Positions 20,369-30,700 of a stretch of 64,000 nt of DNA are shown here, piece by piece. The stretch is taken from NCBI GenBank assembly GCA_039815375.1, contig JBCBZJ010000002.1, positions 32,001-96,000 of the forward strand, in the 5' to 3' direction. The notes under the pieces were generated by a model, which worked only from the letters and a program-made list of their open reading frames with translations, had not been told where the DNA came from and made no database searches. Source of the stretch: Verrucomicrobiota bacterium. Lineage in GTDB: Bacteria > Verrucomicrobiota > Verrucomicrobiia > Opitutales > Coraliomargaritaceae. Every line of letters starts with the position of its first letter. Position 1 is the first letter of the stretch. Position numbers and translations under genes: made by a program.

Positions 20369-22657
20369 ATGAATACTGGGACCAGAGAACGTGTCCTCAA
20401 GGACCAATCCATCATCGAATCCTACGCCGACCAGCCTGGAAGCCTACCCGAGGCGCTTCAGGCACGAGCCTATACATTTAACGCCCATCGTGCACCCTTG
20501 CTTTACGCTATGGTTGATCTCGATACTGCAGGCCAGCTACAGGAAGGCTGGCTGGTGCTGGGTCATGATGAGGTCTTTCTCTTCTCTAGTGTTGATGATG
20601 AGGATCCTGCGCGCGTGGCTCGCAGTGAATTGAAGTATGTTCGTGAATTGCCAGGGTTGAGTTCGAGTGCGCTGCTACTAATGGATGATGCCTCGCAGTT
20701 GCCTCGCCTGCAAGCTAACTACTCGCACCGGCAAAAGCAAAGCATGGAGAATATCCGCTTCGTGATCGACCAGCAGATCCAAGGACATGACATCCATCCG
20801 CGTGATGCGGACGAGGTTTACGCTGAGGCAGTCAGCGCAAAAATTAAGGATGCTCAGTCTTCCGTCATGTCGAGCCAATTCAAGATCATCCTACGTTTGT
20901 TGAGCTACTTCCGCCCCTATAAGAGGCAGGTTGCCATTGGCTTTGCTGCAGCACTGGTCATGACGGTGCTCAATCTGGTTCCGCCATTTGTCACCGGCTA
21001 CGTAATTGACAAGATTCTTAGGCCGCTTGAAGGCGGGCAACTGACATCCGGCACCGGGGTGCAAGTTACCTTCGCGGTCGTCGGTGGCCTAGCGCTTCTC
21101 TATATCATTCGAGAGCTATGCGTCTGGATTCGCCTGAAGAAGCTCGCTTACCTTGGGGAAAATGTTGCGCACGACCTGCGTCGCGACCTCTACACGCACC
21201 TGCAACAGCTTAGTCTTGGCTTTTTCTCCAAGAAGCAAACGGGAAGCATTATCAGCCGAGTCAGCTCAGACACTGATCGTCTCTGGGACTTTATTGCCTT
21301 TGGTGTGGTGGAAGCGACGTTATCGATCCTGATGCTTTTTAGCCTTGGCGTCGTATTGACCCTCATGGACTGGCAGCTTGGTCTTGTGCTGATGTTGCCG
21401 ATTCCTCTGTTTCTCTATGCGTTCTATCGGCATGGTAAGCACATCAACCGCCACTTTCTCAAGGCTTGGCGCAAGTGGTCAGACGTGACCGCTGTTTTGT
21501 CGGACACGATTCCCGGTATGCGCGTGGTTAAAGCTTTCAGCCAGGAAAAACGTGAAGTGAACCGTTTTGGGAGCAGAAATGATCAGGCTCTTGACAGTTT
21601 TAACTCGGTTCACGACGTCTGGACCAAGTTCTGGCCACTGCTGATGGGCAGCTTCCATTTATTGACGCTTGCTGTTTGGGGGATGGCCTTACCTCGAGTA
21701 TTTGGAGAGTGGGGCCAGCCGCTGAGCGTTGGTACATTCGTAGCGTTTCTGCTCTATATGGGTATGTTCTTTTATCCGCTTGAAGTGATTGGTCAAATCA
21801 CCCGGATACTGAACCGGGCCGTCAGCTCGGCGCACCGCGTCTTTGAGATCATGGATACTGATCCCGATCCGACACTAGCGGGCGATCGTCCTCAGGTGAA
21901 AGAGCTGCGAGGTGAAATCGCTTTCGAGAATGTGAGCTTCTCCTATAACGGGGTGCACGAAACCCTGCGCAACATTTCCTTTCGCATAAAGCCAGGCGAA
22001 ATGATCGGGCTTGTTGGGCCTTCAGGTGCGGGTAAAAGCACGGTGACCAATCTAGTAGCTGGCTTCCATCAAGCTACCGGAGGTCGCGTGCTGGTTGACG
22101 GCCGAAACCTCGCTGACCTTGATGTCAGTAGCTATCGGGAGCATCTGGGCATGGTTTTACAGGAACCTTTCCTTTTCCATGGAACCTTGCTTGAGAATAT
22201 TCGCTACGGACAGCGTGATGCTGGCCTGAGCGACGTGATCGCTGCTGCTCGGGCCGCCAATGCCCACGATTTCATCTGTCGTCTGCCGCTAGGTTACGAT
22301 ACGGTTGTTGGTGAACGCGGCCACACCCTGTCCGGAGGTGAGCGCCAGCGAATATCCATCGCTCGCGCAATACTTCACAATCCGCAATTACTCATTTTTG
22401 ACGAAGCAACTAGCAACGTCGACACGGAGACCGAGCGCAATATTCAGGCCGCGCTCAACCGACTTGTGCAAGGCCGTACGGTCATCGCCATTGCACACCG
22501 CCTGTCTACGCTTAAGCAGGCGGACCGCTTGCTCGTCATGAAGGAAGGATGCTTGGTCGAGGAGGGCACCCATCAGCAGCTGCTACAACTGCCTAACGGC
22601 GTTTACCGTAAACTCCACGATCTACAGGTTGAGCTCCATCACCAGCTTGTGGTATAG
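20369..22657 (+). CDS. ABC exporter (permease plus ATPase) with extra N-terminal domain, DUF1854-associated type
   Basis: TM domain, GPSGAGKS, LSGGERQR, LLIFDEATS, IAHRLST. Confidence 0.92.
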   Translation: MNTGTRERVLKDQSIIESYADQPGSLPEALQARAYTFNAHRAPLLYAMVDLDTAGQLQEGWLVLGHDEVFLFSSVDDEDPARVARSELKYVRELPGLSSSALLLMDDASQLPRLQANYSHRQKQSMENIRFVIDQQIQGHDIHPRDADEVYAEAVSAKIKDAQSSVMSSQFKIILRLLSYFRPYKRQVAIGFAAALVMTVLNLVPPFVTGYVIDKILRPLEGGQLTSGTGVQVTFAVVGGLALLYIIRELCVWIRLKKLAYLGENVAHDLRRDLYTHLQQLSLGFFSKKQTGSIISRVSSDTDRLWDFIAFGVVEATLSILMLFSLGVVLTLMDWQLGLVLMLPIPLFLYAFYRHGKHINRHFLKAWRKWSDVTAVLSDTIPGMRVVKAFSQEKREVNRFGSRNDQALDSFNSVHDVWTKFWPLLMGSFHLLTLAVWGMALPRVFGEWGQPLSVGTFVAFLLYMGMFFYPLEVIGQITRILNRAVSSAHRVFEIMDTDPDPTLAGDRPQVKELRGEIAFENVSFSYNGVHETLRNISFRIKPGEMIGLVGPSGAGKSTVTNLVAGFHQATGGRVLVDGRNLADLDVSSYREHLGMVLQEPFLFHGTLLENIRYGQRDAGLSDVIAAARAANAHDFICRLPLGYDTVVGERGHTLSGGERQRISIARAILHNPQLLIFDEATSNVDTETERNIQAALNRLVQGRTVIAIAHRLSTLKQADRLLVMKEGCLVEEGTHQQLLQLPNGVYRKLHDLQVELHHQLVV

Positions 22658-22706
22658 CTTGAGATGTAAAATCGATCCTAATCGTAAACCTGAAAATTTT
22701 GTTTTT

Positions 22707-23183
22707 ATGACTAATTCGAGTTCCAATCTTCGACTTGCTTCCTGTGGAGCAGGCCGTCTGACCGTTTTGGGTAAGGGTGAAAACGCCTTACTTGTCCGTC
22801 CTGTGAAATGCTTCCCGCTCTCCGAACCCGGACGTTACCTCTCACTGCGCGACGAGAACAGTAAGGAAATCGCCTTCGTTGAAGATCACCGACAGCTTGA
22901 TGATGCCTCGGCTCAAGCCCTCAATGAGGCCTTGGCGGCAAGTGGCTTTACCTTTGAGGTCATTGGCATCGAGTCTATTACACAGGACTTCGAGTTGCGC
23001 GTCTGGCAGGTGCAGACGGAGTCTGGCAACCGGAAATTTCAGACCGCACTCGACGCTTGGCCTCGCACGTTGAGTGATGGCAGCTATCTCGTCGAAGATG
23101 TCTTTGGCGACCTTTATCGCTTCCCGCCGCTTAATCAGCTGAATGAAGGCAGTGCTCAAATGCTCTGGTCGCTTGTCGGTTAG
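22707..23183 (+). CDS. DUF1854 family protein
   Basis: VRPVKCFPLSEPGRYLSL, WQVQTESGNRKF, LVEDVFGDLY; usual partner of this ABC type. Confidence 0.8.
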   Translation: MTNSSSNLRLASCGAGRLTVLGKGENALLVRPVKCFPLSEPGRYLSLRDENSKEIAFVEDHRQLDDASAQALNEALAASGFTFEVIGIESITQDFELRVWQVQTESGNRKFQTALDAWPRTLSDGSYLVEDVFGDLYRFPPLNQLNEGSAQMLWSLVG

Positions 23184-23357
23184 TCAACTTTTCTGCGATC
23201 GGTGCCTTACCTAATTCAATCAATGTTAGACTCTTTTAAAATCTGACTTCCCGGTCATCAAAAATTGTATAATTTGAGTCATTAAATACTTGCAAAACGG
23301 ATTATTTAATAGTTTTTTCTACGTGTTTTCATCAATCTAACCTCGATTAAAATTACT

Positions 23358-24002
23358 ATGAAATTAAATACTCTATCGATCACAGCGTTGGCGCTTTTGT
23401 CAGCTGTTAGCACACAAGCTCAAGTATTGGCAGAATGGGCATTTACTGGTGATACTGATGCAGCAACTACAGTTGCAACAAGCGTGACTGCAGGTGACGT
23501 AACAGTAAACAACATCACTTTTAATGCTTTCGGTGGTCAGGGCGATACTCCTCCAACCAGAACTTTTAATGGTTGGTCGCTCAACAGTACTCTTACTGTT
23601 GCTGATGAGGAATATGTATCGTTTACATTGCAGGCGGATACAGGATTTGAACTAAATCTCACAGAGTTCAGCTTTGATTCGAGCAGAAATGCTAATGGAC
23701 CAGAGACTTATGATGTGCGATACAGCATTGACAACTTCGCGACAACCATTGGCACAGGAGCTACCACTAACAATGCGGTAACTCTTACCACAAATTCTAT
23801 TGTTCTTAGTGATACTGGTATTACGGATCTAGTGGAATTCCGTATTTATGGCACAGGTGCTACTGGTAACGCTTTTGGTGCACTTCGCTTGGATGACATT
23901 GCTGTATCAGGCACAGTCACCGTTCCTGAGCTTTCGTCTGCCAGTCTTATTGCTGGCCTACTGGGTGTAGCTGCTTGCACGCTTAGACGCCGCCGCAGTT
24001 AA
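23358..24002 (+). CDS. PEP-CTERM sorting domain protein
   Basis: Signal peptide; Thr-rich; C-terminal VPELSS + TM + RRRRS. Confidence 0.9.
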   Translation: MKLNTLSITALALLSAVSTQAQVLAEWAFTGDTDAATTVATSVTAGDVTVNNITFNAFGGQGDTPPTRTFNGWSLNSTLTVADEEYVSFTLQADTGFELNLTEFSFDSSRNANGPETYDVRYSIDNFATTIGTGATTNNAVTLTTNSIVLSDTGITDLVEFRIYGTGATGNAFGALRLDDIAVSGTVTVPELSSASLIAGLLGVAACTLRRRRS

Positions 24003-24012
24003 ATAGCCAAGC

Positions 24013-24071
24013 AAAGGTGCCGAAACGGTTTTGCTCTTAGAGCATTTCTGTTTCGGCACCTTTTCTTTTTT
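24013..24071 (+). terminator. Intrinsic terminator
   Basis: AAAGGTGCCGAAAC...GTTTCGGCACCTTT followed by a T-run after the PEP-CTERM gene. Confidence 0.75.
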
Positions 24072-24851
24072 ACTTTAGGTTAAACGTAGAAATTTATTGA
24101 TATGCCACTAATTCTTTACCGCTAGAATAGTGCATGTTACAAATAGCTACTACTTTGATTTTTAATCCTCTCGTTGCATAATGCGTCAATTCTGCCGCTT
24201 TGCTCACAAGGAAAAAACTTCAAAACTGTAAACCTAATTGCGACTGCTGTAGTGTGGTCAATTCACGACTTTTCAGTTTGAAATTTTGAAGATCAGCGGC
24301 TCAATAATTTAGGCAATCAATCCAGCCTTTTATCGAGTCGCTGAATTTTTCTTTTAAGACTCCTAGCAGTGCATCCGTGTGCAATCACACACACACAAAG
24401 TAATCTAAGATTGCTGCACACAAAACCGTCAAAAGCTTTATTATAACACTAAAGCATTGAGGTAATCTGTTTTACCGCTTTCCAGTTCATCCGAATTTTG
24501 TGATGAATAGTTGTATTAGCCGCTTGTGATAGGTATAAGATATCTGTCAAAACCACGCCGAGTAAAACAAAGCCTTTGTTTGCTCGCTTTGTTTAGCTAG
24601 AAATCGTATTAACTTTTTTAAGATTTATCTTCCGTGTTGCCTGAAGTTTGGCTCCGCCGACAGGCCCGGACGTATGGTAAAGTTATGTTTGTAGATCAAT
24701 CCCCAGCTTTATCGTTTCGTAACAATTCGCGTTATTAAAGATAACTGGTGGAGTTGCTCATACGTGATTTTATGATTTCTTCTGTATGCGCCATCTGTCG
24801 ATAAGCGCAGCTTTTTTGCGATGCTTCCTCTCACTATTTTATAAAGTTACT

Positions 24852-27800
24852 ATGAGATTTGTAATACCTCTCAAAGCACTGATTCTGATTTCATTCGCAG
24901 TCCAGACGGCTCCAGCAGATATTGTCGAGCGCGATAGCTTCGAAAATGGATCTGTTGCCGACAGTGATTCTTCGTCCTATTTCTGGACACCTTTATCCTC
25001 CTCGACACTAGCGACGACCCATACCGAATCTGCGGGGCAGATGGAACTCACGGCGGGTGACAGTAGCGACAACTCCGCTCCTTCTCAATCAACCGCGCTG
25101 GTCAGCGATCCATCAACAGAATTTGATATCTTTACGGAAACTAGACAGTTCCGGGTGCGAGGTTTGTCGTTTACCGATAATGGGTCGGGCTTTCCAATGG
25201 ATAAGGCCCTTTTTAGTTTTGCCCTGATATCGGACGGTGATTCATCGGCTATGGCTGATGATGCTATTATTTTTGAAATCAGGGGTGATCTTAGCAATGT
25301 TTCACTTGGCTATAAGATTAACGGCGGTGCTACTACCGAAGTGACGTTGGTCAGTGATCCGGTCCGTCTCGTCGCAGGTGGTGATCCGGTTAATTCACCC
25401 GATGCGAGCTTTCACCCGCTGATGAATCCGCATGATAAACTCATGGTCGTTCCCTCAGAATTTGACTTGAGCCTGGAACCCGGGGAGGTAGCTGGCCAGA
25501 TCGACTATTACCTGCGCCTCAGTGGCTTAAAGGGAAACGGAGAGCGCGTGCAGGTGATACATACTGGTTCCTTTCCTTTGGAAGTCGCGGATTGGAGTGG
25601 TAATGGGACCGCACGGGTCTGTCTCACGGCGCTAGAAGACGACGTTGCGGCAGTAAACCAGAATTTCACTGTTTCGATGGATAGTTTCGAGACACTCAAG
25701 CCTGGAGCGGCGGCTTCAGTGGTAAAGAATGTCTTAATGATCGTCTGCGACGACTTCCGCCCACAGATTCTGACCTATAATCATAACTTAAGCGGTATGT
25801 CTGCGATGCATACGCCACATCTTGATCTTCTTGCTGCGGAAGGGACAGTCTTTGAGCGGGCCTACAACAATATTCCATTGTGCGGACCATCACGCCTGAG
25901 TTTCATGTCCGGTGCGCGCCCCTACAAGGAACCCGGCCAAAACTATGGTCGCTACTGGGATAACAGTTCTTTATTGAGAGTAGGATCTTCTTCTTCTGAT
26001 GGCACCGCAAACTATAACTACGCAGGCGAGACGATTCCTCAACACTTCAAGAACCATGGATATGCCACCCGCTCCTGGGGCAAGATTTACCATGAAGTAA
26101 ATAGTGACTGGACGGCTGTTTCATATCCACTCAATCAGGGAGAAAGTTACGGCCACTACGCTGAACCCGCCTGGGATTTAGCCTCCCGTATCAAGACGGG
26201 GTGGAATACTTCAAAGTTTGTCGGCACCGGTGCAAAGAATCCGGGCTATGCTTACGAAATTGGTGACGGTAGTGCCTTCCTCACACGTGCCGACGTGACT
26301 GATGTTAACGTGGTTTATTATAGTGATGAACGCCGTTACAACCCGGATGCGGTTCGCTTGGACAAAGTTATTACCGATCTGCGAGACCTTGAAGATGAGC
26401 GGTTGCTGCTCGCGGTTGGTTTAACTTCAGCACACCTTCCTTTCAAACAAAGACAGGAGTTCTGGGACTTGTATCCTGCTGATAATATTGTGATCCCGCA
26501 CAATGACGGTGAATCAGTAAATGCGCCATCCGCGTCTTTTCATAGCTCTGATCCATCCAGTCGGAGCCCGGAATACCGTAGTTACGCTGGAGTTCCCGGC
26601 AGAAATTCTTCCACCACGATCGAAGAGACCGACGGGCGCTACGGGCAATCGTTACGTCATGAAACTATTCGCGGTTACTACGCAGCAGCGTCCTACATTG
26701 ATGCCGAGATTGGTCGCTTAGTGGAAAGCCTGAAATATACTTACGATGGCGAAGGTAATCGCTACTATGACAACACGGTCATTGCGCTCTGGGGCGATCA
26801 TGGGTTTCACATTGGCGAACACACGTCATGGGGCAAGAAGACGAATTATCGCGTCTCAAATCAGGTCCCGCTCCTTGTTCGCTCACCGGATATGAAGGGC
26901 GGCCAGCGCGTTAAGCGTCTCGTCGAATTGGTGGACGTATATCCCACTCTCTGTGACCTTTCCGGCACTGGCTTACCGTCAACCGGCCATCTTGAAGGCA
27001 GCAGCATGGTGCCCCTGATGCAGAATCCTGAAAGACCATGGAAACCGGCAGTTTTCTCACGTTACATGAAGGGTGACAATATCCAGACCGAGCGATTCAG
27101 CTATACGGAGTATGTCAATAACAACGACAATGTTGTCGCGAATATGCTCTACGATCTTCTCCTCGATCCGGACGAGACCTATAACATTGCTCCTTCCAAT
27201 CCGACCCTTGTGTCAGAGTTAAGTGCCTATCTCGGTGTCGGGGCAATTGGCAAACGAGATGCATGGAAGGCTTTCGTGGACGAAAGCAATAGTAATTTGC
27301 CGGACGTCACTTCGCTCACTCTCTCCGAGCCGGTTTACCCATCCGACTACTTTGACAAGCTGGCTTCGCGCACACCGCAGTTTCCGGTTGAAGTTAGTTA
27401 CGATGTGCGTCGTACGGCTAGTAGCACAAACTTCGACCTGCATCTGGCTGGAATCAGCGACAACCCCTACGACAGCTACAGCATCTACTATACGACAGAC
27501 GGATCCAGTCCGCTTTTGGATTACTCGGTCTCCGAAGAAATCATTGGAATCGATAGCGGTAGTTTCACTTATGTGCAGAATTTCGATTCACTCCCGATAC
27601 ACGACACAGGAGCAGACGGTGGCGACGACGTAAACCGTGACCCGCTGGCTTGGACCAATGGTATCACGCTCACTGGCTGGGCTCGGGAAATAAATCCTCT
27701 TGCGGTTACAGACGGCCAAAATGATTATTCAGGTAACAACGGCTTCTTGGGTGCGGAGGACAACTCAGGCTTCCACAATGTTGGAGCAGACGGAGACAGT

Positions 27801-30002
27801 GAACGTGCGCTCGGATTCATCGGGCGCGATGACGATTCTTACCCTGCCGCATTAACGCTCACCTTTCGCAACATTTCCGGTGCAACTATTGATTCCTTTG
27901 ACTTAAGCTACACTGGCGAGCAATGGTTCCGGAGCGCTTACCCGGTAAATCTCGAATTCCAGTATGCCATCGGGAGCGCTGTATCAGCATCTCCACTGGA
28001 TGAAACTCCCTCTTGGGTCGACGTGAATGCTCTGGACTTCGTCCCCTTGGAAACGGGCAATAATCGGGAAATGAACGGTAACGAGGCCGCGAATCAAAGC
28101 CTCCTTTCAGTTAGCAACATAGCGATCAGTCTGCCCCCGGAAGACTTTATAACCTTCCGCTGGAGCTACCCTGGTCCCATCGGTATTACTGGCACCGGTA
28201 TGTTTGTTGACGACGTTAGCGTGAACTTTTCCGGGAGTGGTTCAGGTTCAGAGGTAACCGACGGAATTGTGTATACGGGCCCACTCGCTCTCGCGCTTGA
28301 TAGCGCTCACACAATCAATGCAATGGCCATTAATGCCTCTGGTGAGGTGTCAGCTGTGAAGACTATTTCGCTCAATGTTTCTGGTTCTACACCGACCAGT
28401 CCGCCCGATATCAAATGGCTTTCTCCCTCCGATGGAGCCGTTCTCACACCCGGAGGAACAACTACTTTACGGGCGCTCGTGACCGATGGCGACGCGTTGG
28501 TGAATAGCGTCAAGTTCTTCGCGGCGGACACCGAACTCGGAGAAGATACCCTGCCACCTTATACGTTTGATTGGACACCAGTACCGATCGGGCAGTACCC
28601 ATTACATGCTCGTGCTTACGACGCAAACGGATTTGAGGTCTTGTCAACGACGGTTCAGGTGTTGGTGGACACCGATTCAATCAACCTCCTTAGCAATAGT
28701 GGGTTCGAATTGGGCAATCTATCGGATTGGGATACGATTGGTTCCGGAGCCGAAGGAGTCGCAGTGGGAGTTGCTCGTAGCGGCGGTTTTGCCTGGCTGA
28801 ACTCGAGCTCGACCGATCTTATAGTTAATCCTGGTTTTGAGTTGGGAAACAAGACCGGCTGGATAGAAAATGGCGGACAAACCTCTTCCATCGTAAGCGA
28901 CCCGGTCCATACTGGAGATTATGCATGGCTTACGGACCAGAAAACTGTAACTTGGGCAGGGCCTACCATCGAACTCGATCAGATTATGGTAGACGGACAA
29001 ACTTATACTGTTGCTGTCCAAGCCCGTCTTAAGGAAGGAGTGGCCGCGACTGATGTGAATTTGAGGGTCAACAAAAAGTATGAAGGCGAAGAAAATGAGA
29101 GTACGATCATCGAAACAGCATCGGTCACCGACGCTGAATGGGTAGAGTTGGCAGGCAATTACACACTCAGTCTGGACCCGGGGAAAACCCTCGAAAATCT
29201 CTTTTTCTTGGTTAATGCCAATGAGAGCACGGATAAGTCTTTTTACATTGATGATGCAGTTGTTCGTAACCAAGAAGCCGTTAGTGGTAATGCAAGCCTT
29301 AGCCGGAACCTCATCAATGTTATGCTTCCAGGGAAATCCTATTCGCTCAGTGCCTGGATCAATCTTGGAAAATCTCCCGGCGGTGAAGTCACTATGAGCG
29401 TCGTCAAGAAATATGTCTCGGGAACTGTAGAGACCACATCCCTTGGGACCATTGACTTGACTGATTTCGGCTATCAGGAGTTGACTGGCACCTACACCCT
29501 CCAAGTATCCAGCGGAGAGACTCTTGAGCAACTTGACTTACTTATCGAGGCTCCGGGGGGAGCCATCATTGTGGTTGATGATGTGACGGTACGCGAGGTT
29601 GTGGCAACCAGCAGAGGTGTCTCAATTGACTGGCTAGAGTTACAGGGCATTCCAGGAGACCCGGAAGTTAATCAGGATCTGGATCATGACTTTGATGGAG
29701 TTCCAACTTGGCTCGAGTTCGCTACCGGCACCTTGCCGCTTGATCCAGACTCGTTCTTTCGCATCACGGAGTTTACTCTAAATTCGTCCGGACAGAACGT
29801 CCTGACATGGAGTGGATCACGTGAAAGTGGCGGATTGCTAGGCTGGAATGTGTGGTCCAGTACAGACCTCGAAAATTGGTATTTGCTAGAAGAAAACATT
29901 GTGCGTGACCCTTTATCAACGGGGCTCAATACCTTTACTGAACCGTTCTCTGAAAGCTCTCCGAGAGTGTTCTACCGTATCGAACTCCCTTGGCGGCAAT
30001 AG
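24852..30002 (+). CDS. Large secreted multidomain sulfatase (sulfatase, Fn3-associated, Ig-like and CBM4/9-like modules)
   Basis: NVLMIVCDD, LCGPSR (formylglycine motif), WGDHG, WGKK; IYYTTDGSSP; Ig-like PYTFDW; NPGFELG...YIDD repeats; C-terminal DHDFDG...FYRI tail. Confidence 0.9.
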   Translation: MRFVIPLKALILISFAVQTAPADIVERDSFENGSVADSDSSSYFWTPLSSSTLATTHTESAGQMELTAGDSSDNSAPSQSTALVSDPSTEFDIFTETRQFRVRGLSFTDNGSGFPMDKALFSFALISDGDSSAMADDAIIFEIRGDLSNVSLGYKINGGATTEVTLVSDPVRLVAGGDPVNSPDASFHPLMNPHDKLMVVPSEFDLSLEPGEVAGQIDYYLRLSGLKGNGERVQVIHTGSFPLEVADWSGNGTARVCLTALEDDVAAVNQNFTVSMDSFETLKPGAAASVVKNVLMIVCDDFRPQILTYNHNLSGMSAMHTPHLDLLAAEGTVFERAYNNIPLCGPSRLSFMSGARPYKEPGQNYGRYWDNSSLLRVGSSSSDGTANYNYAGETIPQHFKNHGYATRSWGKIYHEVNSDWTAVSYPLNQGESYGHYAEPAWDLASRIKTGWNTSKFVGTGAKNPGYAYEIGDGSAFLTRADVTDVNVVYYSDERRYNPDAVRLDKVITDLRDLEDERLLLAVGLTSAHLPFKQRQEFWDLYPADNIVIPHNDGESVNAPSASFHSSDPSSRSPEYRSYAGVPGRNSSTTIEETDGRYGQSLRHETIRGYYAAASYIDAEIGRLVESLKYTYDGEGNRYYDNTVIALWGDHGFHIGEHTSWGKKTNYRVSNQVPLLVRSPDMKGGQRVKRLVELVDVYPTLCDLSGTGLPSTGHLEGSSMVPLMQNPERPWKPAVFSRYMKGDNIQTERFSYTEYVNNNDNVVANMLYDLLLDPDETYNIAPSNPTLVSELSAYLGVGAIGKRDAWKAFVDESNSNLPDVTSLTLSEPVYPSDYFDKLASRTPQFPVEVSYDVRRTASSTNFDLHLAGISDNPYDSYSIYYTTDGSSPLLDYSVSEEIIGIDSGSFTYVQNFDSLPIHDTGADGGDDVNRDPLAWTNGITLTGWAREINPLAVTDGQNDYSGNNGFLGAEDNSGFHNVGADGDSERALGFIGRDDDSYPAALTLTFRNISGATIDSFDLSYTGEQWFRSAYPVNLEFQYAIGSAVSASPLDETPSWVDVNALDFVPLETGNNREMNGNEAANQSLLSVSNIAISLPPEDFITFRWSYPGPIGITGTGMFVDDVSVNFSGSGSGSEVTDGIVYTGPLALALDSAHTINAMAINASGEVSAVKTISLNVSGSTPTSPPDIKWLSPSDGAVLTPGGTTTLRALVTDGDALVNSVKFFAADTELGEDTLPPYTFDWTPVPIGQYPLHARAYDANGFEVLSTTVQVLVDTDSINLLSNSGFELGNLSDWDTIGSGAEGVAVGVARSGGFAWLNSSSTDLIVNPGFELGNKTGWIENGGQTSSIVSDPVHTGDYAWLTDQKTVTWAGPTIELDQIMVDGQTYTVAVQARLKEGVAATDVNLRVNKKYEGEENESTIIETASVTDAEWVELAGNYTLSLDPGKTLENLFFLVNANESTDKSFYIDDAVVRNQEAVSGNASLSRNLINVMLPGKSYSLSAWINLGKSPGGEVTMSVVKKYVSGTVETTSLGTIDLTDFGYQELTGTYTLQVSSGETLEQLDLLIEAPGGAIIVVDDVTVREVVATSRGVSIDWLELQGIPGDPEVNQDLDHDFDGVPTWLEFATGTLPLDPDSFFRITEFTLNSSGQNVLTWSGSRESGGLLGWNVWSSTDLENWYLLEENIVRDPLSTGLNTFTEPFSESSPRVFYRIELPWRQ

Positions 30003-30597
30003 CTTAATAAAAAAAACGAGTCATGTTGAGTTTACTTGATGTGATCCGCTTGAAAAGGTTCGCCTGGCTTAGATCAGCCCTTCGATTGCTTTGGTTGTAT
30101 TCAACCAGCAAAAGAATTACTTGCATGCTTTGCGCTGACTTCAAACCGAACAATGCAAACGAACTTTGCGAGTATTACATAGAGTAGGGTGAGTCTTTTG
30201 ATTGGGCACATTTTTTATGCATGGCATCACAATGTGCCCGCCTAAATAGTATTCGGAAATTCTTTAGGCGATCTAAACATAGGGATACCTGTTAGGCTGG
30301 CGGTCAAATATGTCTATACGCTCCTCCGGCATTTAGTCGCCAAGCACTTTGTTTACCCTGTCGCATAATACGGGCTAAGCTCATCTTTGGTAGTGAGAGA
30401 ATAGCTACGATTCGCGTTCACATAAATAAGGTAGAGCTCGAGTTTTTGATAGGCTTAGGTTTCTCGAAATCCCTTTGCGGCATGTTGTGAATCTTTATAC
30501 AGTTATCGATTCGAGAAGCATGGAGTGGATCACGCGTGTACTGGATTCCCTTTTTGCATGGTTAAAACAAAGCAGGATTCAAAAAATCGAAAATTTC

Positions 30598-30624
30598 TGA
30601 ATCCAAATCCCAATTTTGTGCGTA
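30598..30624 (+). promoter_or_regulatory. Candidate ECF sigma promoter
   Basis: TGAATCC-N16-CGTA upstream of the fasciclin / sigma / anti-sigma cluster; resembles ATCC/CGTA ECF promoters. Confidence 0.5.
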
Positions 30625-30700
30625 TTCCATCATAGAGCTCAATCACCATGTGGCCGCATGTTTATCTCACTTAATCTTAAATCTAAAACATTTTATTATC

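Noticed and set aside
24070..24850. Structured ncRNA or riboswitch before the giant sulfatase
   Set aside because: Only imperfect inverted repeats and no recognisable consensus; an Rfam scan is needed.
28719..29531. 270-aa antisense ORF, and similar ones at 44554-45282 and 62873-63403
   Set aside because: Shadow or alternate frames of strongly supported genes, with no recognisable motifs.
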